64,000 nt of DNA from a bacterium (GTDB lineage Bacteria > BMS3Abin14), in contig CP070719.1 of NCBI GenBank assembly GCA_020350725.1, positions 43,625 through 107,624 on the forward strand, in the 5' to 3' direction. The notes below the pieces were generated by a model, which worked only from the letters and a program-made list of their open reading frames with translations, made no database searches and was not told the origin of the DNA. Made by a program: the position numbers and the translations under genes. This document shows positions 1 through 8,020 of the stretch, piece after piece. Position 1 is the stretch's first letter. Each line of letters starts with the position of its first letter.

Positions 1-837
1 CAGGAGCAGTGACAGTTGTCGGTAGGCGGCCGCATGCTTGGAGAGGTCATCGTAGATGCACAGGGAGTGCTGACCCTTGTCACGGAAGTATTCGCCCATG
101 GCACACCCTGCAAAGGGAGCCAGGAAGAGCAGCGGTGCCGGCTCGCTTGCCGAGGCGGAAACGACGATGGTGAAATCCATGGCGCCGTTCTCCTCGAGGT
201 CCCGGACAACCCGGGCTACGGTGGATTCCTTCTGGCCGATGGCGACATAGATGCATATGACCGGCGGGTCGGCGTTCTTCTGGTTGATGATGGTGTCCAC
301 GGCCACGGCCGTTTTGCCCGTCTGCCTGTCGCCGATGATGAGCTCCCTCTGTCCGCGCCCGATGGGGATCATGGAATCGACCGCCTTCAGGCCGGTCTGA
401 AGGGGCTGATTGACCGGCTGCCTCCGGACGATACCCGGAGCGATGACCTCAACGAGCCTGCTGGTCTCTGTCTCGATGGGCCCCTTGCCGTCGATGGGCT
501 GGCCAAGGGCATTGACCACCCTGCCCAACATACCCTCGCCCGCCGGCACCTCCACGATGCGGCCGGTCCTCTTGACGATGTCGCCCTCTTTGATGAGCTG
601 ATACTCACCGAGGAGCACGATCCCCACGTTATCCTCCTCCAGGTTCAGGATCATGCCGAAGACCTCTCCGGGGAGCTCCACGAGTTCGCCGGCCATGGCG
701 TTCTCCAGGCCGTGAACACGGGCGATCCCGTCACCGGTGGAGAGGACGATCCCGGTCTCCTTGACATCGATGGTCTTTTCAAAGCCCTGAATCTGTTTCT
801 TTATGATCTCGGTGATCTCTTCCGCTCGAATCTGCAT
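1..837 (-). CDS. atpA: F-type ATP synthase alpha subunit, N-terminal part (gene continues beyond window start)
   Basis: Reverse-strand translation from ATG at 835-837 reads [21 protein letters not shown]...[19 protein letters not shown] (Walker A); antisense to the spurious + ORF 16..1257; follows atpH in operon order. Confidence 0.9.
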   Translation of the reverse strand, partial: MQIRAEEITEIIKKQIQGFEKTIDVKETGIVLSTGDGIARVHGLENAMAGELVELPGEVFGMILNLEEDNVGIVLLGEYQLIKEGDIVKRTGRIVEVPAGEGMLGRVVNALGQPIDGKGPIETETSRLVEVIAPGIVRRQPVNQPLQTGLKAVDSMIPIGRGQRELIIGDRQTGKTAVAVDTIINQKNADPPVICIYVAIGQKESTVARVVRDLEENGAMDFTIVVSASASEPAPLLFLAPFAGCAMGEYFRDKGQHSLCIYDDLSKHAAAYRQLSLLL

Positions 838-843
838 GTCGGT

Positions 844-1389
844 CTATCTCCCCTTGCCAATGCTTTCTTTAACCTGATGCAGCTGGTTGCTCAGGCTGCC
901 GTCGTATACCTGTCCTCCCATGTAGGCCACTATGCCGCCCAGAAGGCCGGCGTCCACCTCCAGCTCGAGGATCACCTCCTTGCCGGACAGGCGGTTCAGA
1001 GCATCCTTGATCCTCTTCTCCTCCTCCTTGTCCAGGGCAACCGCCGTCACCACCCTGGCCCGGATCCGATTCGCCAGCTGGTCGGCAAATTCGATGTAGG
1101 CCTGACAGATCTCACCGACGCCCAGGATCCGTTTCTTCATCAGAAGGACATGGAGGAACTTGAGGGTCAGGTCCTTGATCTTGCCCCTGGCCAGGACCTT
1201 CTCGAGGATTTTTTCCTTGTCCTGAAGGGACACCGTCGGATCGGAAAAGGCGTGTAAGAGCTCGGGGCTCTGAGCGAAGATCGCCGCAACCCCTTGGAGA
1301 TCCTCTCCCACTTCCTTTATGATCCCCTGCTCATGGGCCAGGTCGATTACCGCTTTGGCGTAGCGCCGTGCGAGGACAAAGCCGATCAC
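844..1389 (-). CDS. atpH: F-type ATP synthase delta subunit (OSCP)
   Basis: 181 aa ORF; size, position between atpF and atpA, delta-subunit-like sequence. Confidence 0.85.
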   Translation of the reverse strand: MIGFVLARRYAKAVIDLAHEQGIIKEVGEDLQGVAAIFAQSPELLHAFSDPTVSLQDKEKILEKVLARGKIKDLTLKFLHVLLMKKRILGVGEICQAYIEFADQLANRIRARVVTAVALDKEEEKRIKDALNRLSGKEVILELEVDAGLLGGIVAYMGGQVYDGSLSNQLHQVKESIGKGR

Positions 1390-1390
1390 C

Positions 1391-1963
1391 TCAGTTAGCC
1401 TCCAGTTTTTCCAGGTATTCGCTGATAAAGCGCCTGTGGTCCTCAGGAGTCAGGTTCTCCTCGATGATCCCCCTTGCGATCTCCACTGAGGATTCGGCCA
1501 CCTCTTTTCGGAGGAGCGCCTGGGATTTTTTCAGTTCCTGTTCGATGGCCGTTCTGGCTTCCGTTTTCAGCTTCTCGACGGCCTCTTTCGCCTCGGCCAG
1601 GATCCTTTCCCTTTCCACCTCGCTCTCCTTTCGGGCGGCGGCGAGGAGTTCCTCGACCTCCCGATCGACTCCGGCGAGGCGGTCTTCGGCCTCTTTCATC
1701 CTGGCCTCGGCTTCCTTTCGGGCCTCCTCGGCGTCGCTGAGCGATTTGCGGACCGCATCAATGCTGCTCCGGATCCCATCCACAACGGGCCTGCGGGCAA
1801 AATAGAGGATAACGCCCATGAGGATGGTGAAATTGACGATCCTCAGGACCAGGTCCCAGATGGCTCTGCCCCCGCCTCCGCCGCCCTCCGCGGCGCCGGC
1901 CACCGCCGGCAGCACCAGAAGGACGGTCGTCACCAGGACTCTGAGCCCCAGCCGCGGACTCAT
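1391..1963 (-). CDS. atpF: F-type ATP synthase subunit b
   Basis: 190 aa; N-terminal TM helix then long charged coiled-coil (AEEARKEAEARMKEAEDRL...), operon position. Confidence 0.85.
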   Translation of the reverse strand: MSPRLGLRVLVTTVLLVLPAVAGAAEGGGGGGRAIWDLVLRIVNFTILMGVILYFARRPVVDGIRSSIDAVRKSLSDAEEARKEAEARMKEAEDRLAGVDREVEELLAAARKESEVERERILAEAKEAVEKLKTEARTAIEQELKKSQALLRKEVAESSVEIARGIIEENLTPEDHRRFISEYLEKLEAN

Positions 1964-2397
1964 GATCCACCTCCAACGGCCCGCCCCATGAGCTTTGACG
2001 CGATCCTCCCGGCCAGGCCCTCGGCCTCTGCCTTGAGCACCTTCCGGGAAGATTCCGCCTCGGCGGCCAAGGCTGCCCTGGCCTTGTCCAGCTCCCCGAC
2101 GTTCTCGATCTTGGTGTTCTGGACGGCCTCCCGGAAGAGGGCCATTGCCTCGCTCCGGTGGCCTGACCGCATGGCCATGGACTCCTGCTTGGCGGTGTGG
2201 AGTTTGGACTCGTACTCCTGGATGTTCTCCTGGGCCAGGGTCCCCAGCCGTTCCTTCAGCTCGGCCGATTCCCGGACCAGTTTCTCTCGTTCATCCAGGA
2301 CCTTGAGGATTGGCCTGAAGAGCAGAAAGTTTAGAACTACCAGCAATATCAAGAAGTTGGCGAGCTGTACCAGTAAGGTAAAGTTAACGTTGATCAA
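1960..2397 (-). CDS. atpF2: F-type ATP synthase subunit b'
   Basis: 145 aa; single N-terminal TM helix plus coiled-coil; start overlaps atpF by ATGA; second b-type gene typical of b/b' operons. Confidence 0.8.
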   Translation of the reverse strand: MINVNFTLLVQLANFLILLVVLNFLLFRPILKVLDEREKLVRESAELKERLGTLAQENIQEYESKLHTAKQESMAMRSGHRSEAMALFREAVQNTKIENVGELDKARAALAAEAESSRKVLKAEAEGLAGRIASKLMGRAVGGGS

Positions 2398-2533
2398 GTG
2401 TGCCTCCGCCTTCTGGCGTACGAAAAATGGCTGAATAAAGCGCTCAACAAGTTAATAAAACGTCCTGTGGCTGTCAACAGTTTTTACCCCGCGGGCCACC
2501 CGCGCCGGCCTGCGGTCGGATGACCCCGTGAAG

Positions 2534-2791
2534 CTAGCCCTTTACAACGAAGATGAGGAGCAGGGCGACCACCAGGGCGTAGATGCCCGTGGACTCGGAG
2601 ACGGCCTGGCCGACCAGCATCGTCCTGGTCAGGAGGCCGGCCTCGTCCGGGTTTCTTCCTATCGCCTCACAGGCCTTGCCGGCGGCAAAGCCCTCTCCAA
2701 TGCCCGGGCCGATAGCGCCGAACCCCATGGCCAACCCCGCCCCGAGCAGGGCCGCCGCCCTGATGAGTTCTGCTCCTGTGATTCCGTCCAT
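2534..2791 (-). CDS. atpE: F-type ATP synthase c subunit, two-carboxylate Na+-type motif
   Basis: 85 aa hairpin; helix 1 [11 protein letters not shown], helix 2 [17 protein letters not shown]; aligns with Ilyobacter tartaricus c subunit (Q32->E here; E65, S66, T67, Y70 conserved). Confidence 0.9.
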   Translation of the reverse strand: MDGITGAELIRAAALLGAGLAMGFGAIGPGIGEGFAAGKACEAIGRNPDEAGLLTRTMLVGQAVSESTGIYALVVALLLIFVVKG

Positions 2792-2884
2792 TTACAAACC
2801 TCCTTGAGAACATTCAGATATAGGTGTTGATGCAACACCCCCGTGCGGGGGCTTTCCGTCAACCCAGCCCCAGGCCGAGCGCTC

Positions 2885-3628
2885 CTAAACGAGCATGACC
2901 AGGACCAGGGATATCACGAGGGCGTAGATGCTGGTCGACTGCGCCACTGCCTGTCCGAGCAGCATCACCCGTGTCAACAGGCCCACGCACGCTTCGGGGT
3001 TCCTGTGATGTCTGATGCCGATAATCGCCGACTCCGCCGCGATCCCCGAACCCACCGACGGCCCCATGGCGCCGAATCCCATGCAGATGCCTGCGGACAG
3101 CACGGCCACGAATTCGACGAAACCGGCGTCCGGTTTGGCGGGCAGGAAGATGAGCATAAAGGAGATCATGAGAGCGAAGATGACCGGCGTCTGGCTGACC
3201 GCCTGTCCCAGGAGCATCAGCGTCATGAAGGGCCTCCGAAGATGGGGCTGGCGGGCGATGGCCTCACAGGCCCAGGCGACGGGCAAAGAGCTCCCCACGC
3301 CCGAGGCGAAAGCGGCTGCGCCGATGGAGATCCCGGCCCCGAGGGCGGCAAAACCCTGGATCAGGGTGGCTCCCTGGATGTTTCCAAAGAGCAGGAGAAT
3401 GGCCACCACCAGGGCGAAGGTCGGCGGTGTCGAAGCCGCGGCCTGCCCGATAAGCATGCTGCGGAAGAGCTCTGAGGTCATTTTGGGCTGGCGTCCCATC
3501 CCCTCGCAGGCTGCCCCGCCCGCCATGCCGATGCCGATCCCCGCACCGACGGCACCGAGCCCGATGGCCAGGGCGGCCCCCAGCAGGTAGAGGGTTTTAA
3601 CAATCTCGGACGCAGCTACCGAATCCAT
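2885..3628 (-). CDS. ATP synthase c-subunit paralog: three fused c-type hairpins (6 predicted TM helices), all lacking the ion-binding carboxylate
   Basis: 247 aa; three repeats each with Gly-rich helix 1 and a GQA...helix 2 (GQAAASTPPTF / GQAVSQTPVIF / GQAVAQSTSIY); the position equivalent to the conserved Glu is S, Q, Q; sits between atpB and atpE. Confidence 0.75.
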   Translation of the reverse strand: MDSVAASEIVKTLYLLGAALAIGLGAVGAGIGIGMAGGAACEGMGRQPKMTSELFRSMLIGQAAASTPPTFALVVAILLLFGNIQGATLIQGFAALGAGISIGAAAFASGVGSSLPVAWACEAIARQPHLRRPFMTLMLLGQAVSQTPVIFALMISFMLIFLPAKPDAGFVEFVAVLSAGICMGFGAMGPSVGSGIAAESAIIGIRHHRNPEACVGLLTRVMLLGQAVAQSTSIYALVISLVLVMLV

Positions 3629-3636
3629 GCGGGCCC

Positions 3637-4308
3637 CTATTTTATCGCCACCGATATGTAGGTGATGGTCAGCATGGTGAAGACGAAAGCCTGGATGGTG
3701 CCCACGAAGAGCCCGAAAAAGACGTAGAGGAAGGGCGGCAGGACCAGGCTGTACACCATGTGGGAGACAACGGCTATGATAATGGCTCCCCCCAGAATGT
3801 TGCCGAAAAGACGGAAGGAGATGGAGACAACCTTGGCCAGCTCACCCACCACATTGAGGGGAGCCATGATGAAGAAGGGCTGGCAATAGTCCTTCAGGTA
3901 GGCCACGATGCCCTTTTCCCTGATCGCCGCCGTGTGGGTCAGGAAAAACCCCATGATTCCCAGGCTCAGCGGTGTGTTGAGGTCTTTGGTCGGCTCCGAG
4001 AGCCCGGGAATGATCCCGAGCCAGTTGCACAGAAGCAGGAAAACGAACATTGTCGCCACCAGGGGGACGTAGCCCCTGCTGGTGGTTTCCAGGGTCTCCC
4101 TGGTAAGCTTGTCCATGAACCCTACGTAGAGCTCGGCAAGCCTCTGGGCGGGGTTGGGCAGCTTTTGGAGGCGGCGGGTCGCGATAAGGGACAGAGCGAA
4201 CAGGGCTACCATGATGAGCCAGGTGTTGAACACGGTTTCCGTGTTGACCGTCAGCCGCATGCCAAACAGCTCGAAGCTATATGTCGCAATCCGGGTCAGA
4301 TCTTCCAT
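3637..4308 (-). CDS. atpB: F-type ATP synthase subunit a
   Basis: 223 aa polytopic membrane protein with the conserved stator Arg in ISFRLFGNILGG. Confidence 0.9.
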   Translation of the reverse strand: MEDLTRIATYSFELFGMRLTVNTETVFNTWLIMVALFALSLIATRRLQKLPNPAQRLAELYVGFMDKLTRETLETTSRGYVPLVATMFVFLLLCNWLGIIPGLSEPTKDLNTPLSLGIMGFFLTHTAAIREKGIVAYLKDYCQPFFIMAPLNVVGELAKVVSISFRLFGNILGGAIIIAVVSHMVYSLVLPPFLYVFFGLFVGTIQAFVFTMLTITYISVAIK

Positions 4309-4325
4309 CGTTCCGCCAACCGTCT

Positions 4326-4709
4326 TTAATCCGACATGTCCTTGCCGATGAACTCGCCGGCAAACAGCATGACCTGGGCGCTGAACAGCGCCGGTATGGC
4401 TCCGCCCAGGGCAATGTTCTCGTTCAACCCGGCGTAGGCGAGAGCGACGGCCGTGACCGCCATCCTAAGTGCATACCTTGCCGCGGCCGGGCCGAAGACC
4501 TTTCCGCCCAGCGCCAGCGCCTGGCCGGGTATGCTGCGGGCCATCAACAGAAGGTTGACAAGGCTGACAGCCCCGCCGAGGGCGACGCCTCTGGCCCAGG
4601 GTTTCTTTCCCGCTAGGATAAGCAGTCCAGCGACCACCAAAACGAGCGCCAGGGTCCGGAAAAATATCTGCCTGACGTACCCTGAGAATGAAGCCTGCGG
4701 TGCGCTCAT
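4326..4709 (-). CDS. atpI: ATP synthase protein I-like small membrane protein
   Basis: About 127 aa hydrophobic protein immediately upstream of atpB; start placed at internal Met (MSAPQ...); assignment by position and hydropathy only. Confidence 0.5.
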   Translation of the reverse strand: MSAPQASFSGYVRQIFFRTLALVLVVAGLLILAGKKPWARGVALGGAVSLVNLLLMARSIPGQALALGGKVFGPAAARYALRMAVTAVALAYAGLNENIALGGAIPALFSAQVMLFAGEFIGKDMSD

Positions 4710-4752
4710 ACCCAAAATTGGGTATACAATATACTGTATCCCACTTCTATAA

Positions 4753-5181
4753 TCAATCGCCTTTTCCGACCTTGGCCTGCTCTTCCTGGTCGGCGGCACC
4801 CTTTCGCTCCTCCAGGGACGAGACCTTGCCCTCGCCCTGCGCCATGGAGCAGCTCCCCTCGAAGATCACCCCCTCCTCGATATGCAGTACAGGGGTCTTT
4901 ATGTTGCCGAAGAGTCTGCCCGGGCGGAGGACCTCCACCTTCCCCGTGGCCGCGACGTTTCCCCGCAGGGACCCGCTGACCACGACAGTGTGAGCGTTGA
5001 TCTCGGCATTGATCTGGGCGCTCTCGCCGACGATCAAGGTGTCCTTGGTGTAGATCTCCCCCTCCAGCTTTCCGTCCACGCGGACCGTACCCTCGAAGGT
5101 CAGGATGCCCTTGAATTCCGTTCCCTCACCGAGAAATGCCTTGATCTCTCCTCTTGCGCCGGCTGTCTCTTTCTTGATCAT
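4753..5181 (-). CDS. bactofilin family polymer-forming protein
   Basis: 142 aa; repetitive beta-helix-like pattern (GTVRVDGKLEGEIYTKDTLIVGESAQINAEINAHTVVVSGSLRGNV...) typical of bactofilin/CcmA. Confidence 0.7.
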   Translation of the reverse strand: MIKKETAGARGEIKAFLGEGTEFKGILTFEGTVRVDGKLEGEIYTKDTLIVGESAQINAEINAHTVVVSGSLRGNVAATGKVEVLRPGRLFGNIKTPVLHIEEGVIFEGSCSMAQGEGKVSSLEERKGAADQEEQAKVGKGD

Positions 5182-5291
5182 AACGATCCTCCCTTAAAAG
5201 GAGTGTTTGGTGTCACCGCCCTCAGTCAGATCCTGGTTTTTTGATCTGCTGTTCGGCTCTATCGCTCTGGCCATAACGGCGTGTTTCCGGT

Positions 5292-6146
5292 TCATCGCTT
5301 GAAGATCTTATCCACGATCCCGTTGAGTTCCTCAAGGCTGGAATAGGTGATCTCGACCCGTCCGCCCTTCTTCGTGTCCCGGATGCGGGCTTTGGTCCCG
5401 AGGTATCTCTCGAGACGTCTTTCCAGGTCCCTGATCTCAGGATCGGCCTGCGCCGGCTGCCGCCGGGCCGGTCGGTGGGCCTTGGCCCGGCCAACGATCC
5501 TCTCGACCTCGCGGACCGACAGGCCCATTTTCAGGATCCTGCCGAGTACGGAGCGAACGGAGGCCTCGTCCCGGAGGCCGATGAGGGCCCGGGCGTGCCC
5601 CGCCGATATCGTGCCCTTGATCAGCTCCTCCTTGACGAATTCCGGCAGCGACAGCAGCCTGAGGGCATTCGCAACCGTCGCCCTGTCCTTCCCGACCCTC
5701 TCCGCGATGTCCTCCTGGGTGAGGCCGTGCTGGCCCTGGAGCTCTCGGTAGGCCTGCGCCTCCTCGATGGGGTTGAGGTTTTCCCTCTGGATGTTCTCGA
5801 TGAGGGCCAGCTCCAGCCTGTCGTCGCCTATTCTCCTGACATGAACGGGGACCCTTTCCAGGCCTGCCAGTTTCGAGGCTCGCAGGCGCCTCTCGCCGGC
5901 CACCATCTCGTATCCACCCGGAACACGGTGGACCAGGATCGGCTGTATGACTCCCTTTTCCCGGATAGAGGCTGCCAGCTCCTCCAGACGCTCCCGGTCG
6001 AAGGCCCGCCTCGGCTGCTCCGGATTCGGGAAGACCTCCCCAATCGGGACCAGGAGGACTTCGCCCTGTTCCGCCGCTTCTTCTCCGCCCGGGATGAGGG
6101 CTCCAAGACCCTTGCCCAGCGCCTGTCTCTTCCTCTCTCTCGTCAT
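5292..6146 (-). CDS. parB: chromosome partitioning protein ParB
   Basis: 284 aa; ParB box GERRLRA, HTH region, adjacent to parA. Confidence 0.9.
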   Translation of the reverse strand: MTRERKRQALGKGLGALIPGGEEAAEQGEVLLVPIGEVFPNPEQPRRAFDRERLEELAASIREKGVIQPILVHRVPGGYEMVAGERRLRASKLAGLERVPVHVRRIGDDRLELALIENIQRENLNPIEEAQAYRELQGQHGLTQEDIAERVGKDRATVANALRLLSLPEFVKEELIKGTISAGHARALIGLRDEASVRSVLGRILKMGLSVREVERIVGRAKAHRPARRQPAQADPEIRDLERRLERYLGTKARIRDTKKGGRVEITYSSLEELNGIVDKIFKR

Positions 6147-6188
6147 GAGCTCCCTCTGCAGCCTGGCGGTCCTCGCTCCCCGTCCCTT

Positions 6189-6962
6189 CTACCGGCCTCT
6201 GTCCTCTCCGTTGAGCAGTTCCTTGGCCAACTGGAGATATCCCTGGGTCCCCGACGAGCGGATGTCGTAGAGGATCACCGGTTTGCCGTGACTGGGGGCC
6301 TCGCTGAGCTTGACGTTCCTGTGGATGACTGTCCTGAAAACCTTTCCGGGAAAATACTTTCTCGCCTCTCCTGCCACCTGGTGGGACAGGTTGTTTCTGG
6401 GGTCGAACATCGTCAGGAGGATCCCCTCGAGGAGGAGGCCCGGGTTGAGGGCCCCCCTGACGAGCTTGATCGTGTTCAGAAGCTTACTGAGCCCCTCCAG
6501 GGCATAGTATTCGCATTGCAGGGGGACAAGGACCGTGTCTGCCGCCGTCAGGGCGTTCAGGGTGAGGAGGCCCAGGCTCGGCGGACAATCTATGATCACG
6601 AAGTCGTAGTCTCCCCTGACGTCCTTGATGGCCCTGGCCAGGAGGGTCTCCCTCGACAGGGCGGTGACCAGCTCGACCTCGGCTCCGATGAGGTCCACGT
6701 GGGAAGGGGCCAGCTTGAGGTGTTTGAGATCGGTGTCCACCACGATGTTCTGGATGGATTCCTGATCGACGAGGACCTGATAGATGGAACGGTCAAGGGT
6801 CGACGGGTCCACCCCGACACCGCTGGTGGCGTTGGCCTGGGGGTCCACGTCCACCAGAAGGGTTCTCCTCTCGGCGGCTGCCAGGGACGCCGCCAGGTTG
6901 ATGGCAGTGGTTGTCTTGCCGACACCGCCCTTCTGATTGGCTATCGTGATGACCTTTCCCAT
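6189..6962 (-). CDS. parA: chromosome partitioning ATPase ParA/Soj
   Basis: Deviant Walker A KGGVGKTTT; start set at internal Met (MGKVITIANQKGG...). Confidence 0.9.
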   Translation of the reverse strand: MGKVITIANQKGGVGKTTTAINLAASLAAAERRTLLVDVDPQANATSGVGVDPSTLDRSIYQVLVDQESIQNIVVDTDLKHLKLAPSHVDLIGAEVELVTALSRETLLARAIKDVRGDYDFVIIDCPPSLGLLTLNALTAADTVLVPLQCEYYALEGLSKLLNTIKLVRGALNPGLLLEGILLTMFDPRNNLSHQVAGEARKYFPGKVFRTVIHRNVKLSEAPSHGKPVILYDIRSSGTQGYLQLAKELLNGEDRGR

Positions 6963-7261
6963 AGTTCTTATTGACGCCGCGGCCCGGGACCCGGACATCC
7001 GGCTGCGTTCTGTTTAAGCCGGACACCGGACTGGGACGGGGCTGAGTCTCCCCTCTGCCATGGGCCCATGAACCCATTTTGTCCCCATAACCTCTTAAAA
7101 ATAAACAGGTTTAATGGTTGTTTTGCCCCTCCAGGAACGTTTTCCACGGGGATCAGCCTGACATGGGTTCTGGGACCCGGCACCTCATTTCGTCCGGAGT
7201 ATGAAAACTAATATATGGCGGGGAAAATGGCAATGAAGAAAAACACCCCGGGCAGGGAGTG

Positions 7262-7277
7262 TGTTTCACGTGAAACA
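7262..7277. other. parS centromere-like site (perfect 16-bp palindrome TGTTTCACGTGAAACA)
   Basis: Exact match to the ParB-binding parS consensus; located in the rsmG-parA intergenic region. Confidence 0.85.
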
Positions 7278-7351
7278 TTCTGTCCGGCAGCGGCGGCGTG
7301 GAACCGTCAGGGGCCCGGCTTGTGGACTTCCGGAACCACCCGAGGTCGCCA

Positions 7352-7984
7352 CTAGCGCATGTCCCGGGCCTCCACCAGCCAGATCACGGTCGGCAGATCC
7401 GACCCGGGAAGCCGGTAAGGGTGGATGGTTCCTGGTCCCCGGGAGGCGAGGCTTTCCGAGGTGAAGATCATCGCCCGGCCTTCCTCGGCCAGGAAGGGGG
7501 CGGCCGCTTTCAGGATGGCGCCGGGCTTGGCGGCCGCCCGGGACACAGCCACGTCGAAGCTTCCGGCCATCCCGCCCTCAAGGACCCGGTCGAATCTTCC
7601 TTCGGCCACCTCGGCACCAGAAAGGTTCAGGGTTCGCACCACATGTCTCAGGAAAGCGCACTTTTTCCCCGAGGACTCCACCATCACCAGGGTGAGGGAG
7701 GGTCGGACGATTTTCAGGGGCAGGCCGGGAAAGCCGGCGCCTGCGCCGAGGTCCACCAGGCGCTCCTCGCCTTCCAGGAGCCCCATGGACAGGGGGACCA
7801 AAGAGTCCAGGAAGTGGACTCTCACCCAATCGGGCTGTTTCCTGGAGACCAGGTTCACCCTCCGGTTCCAGCGCTCCAGCTCCCGGCAGTACAGAAAGAG
7901 CTTTTCCGCCGCCCCTTCGCCGACCGGGACATTCAGCGTCGCAGCCCCGATCGTCACGGAATCGATGAACTCTGTTCTATTCAC
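7352..7984 (-). CDS. rsmG: 16S rRNA (guanine527-N7)-methyltransferase RsmG (GidB)
   Basis: 210 aa; SAM-binding LVDLGAGAGFPGLPL; conserved gidA-gidB-parAB neighbourhood. Confidence 0.85.
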   Translation of the reverse strand: MNRTEFIDSVTIGAATLNVPVGEGAAEKLFLYCRELERWNRRVNLVSRKQPDWVRVHFLDSLVPLSMGLLEGEERLVDLGAGAGFPGLPLKIVRPSLTLVMVESSGKKCAFLRHVVRTLNLSGAEVAEGRFDRVLEGGMAGSFDVAVSRAAAKPGAILKAAAPFLAEEGRAMIFTSESLASRGPGTIHPYRLPGSDLPTVIWLVEARDMR

Positions 7985-8020
7985 GGTCCTTCGGCCGCGA
8001 CCTGAGAGCCCTTGGACAGG

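Noticed and set aside
16-1257. 413-aa plus-strand ORF at the window start
   Set aside because: Antisense to atpA/atpH, whose translations are unmistakable; Ala/Gly/Arg-rich high-GC antisense artefact.
2398-2533. Possible intrinsic terminator/attenuator after atpE
   Set aside because: A GC stem (CGCGGG-TGG-CCCGCG) exists but is not followed by a U-tract on the coding strand.
5475-6974. 499-aa plus-strand ORF
   Set aside because: Antisense to parB and parA; low-complexity composition; the minus-strand genes carry clear ParA/ParB motifs.
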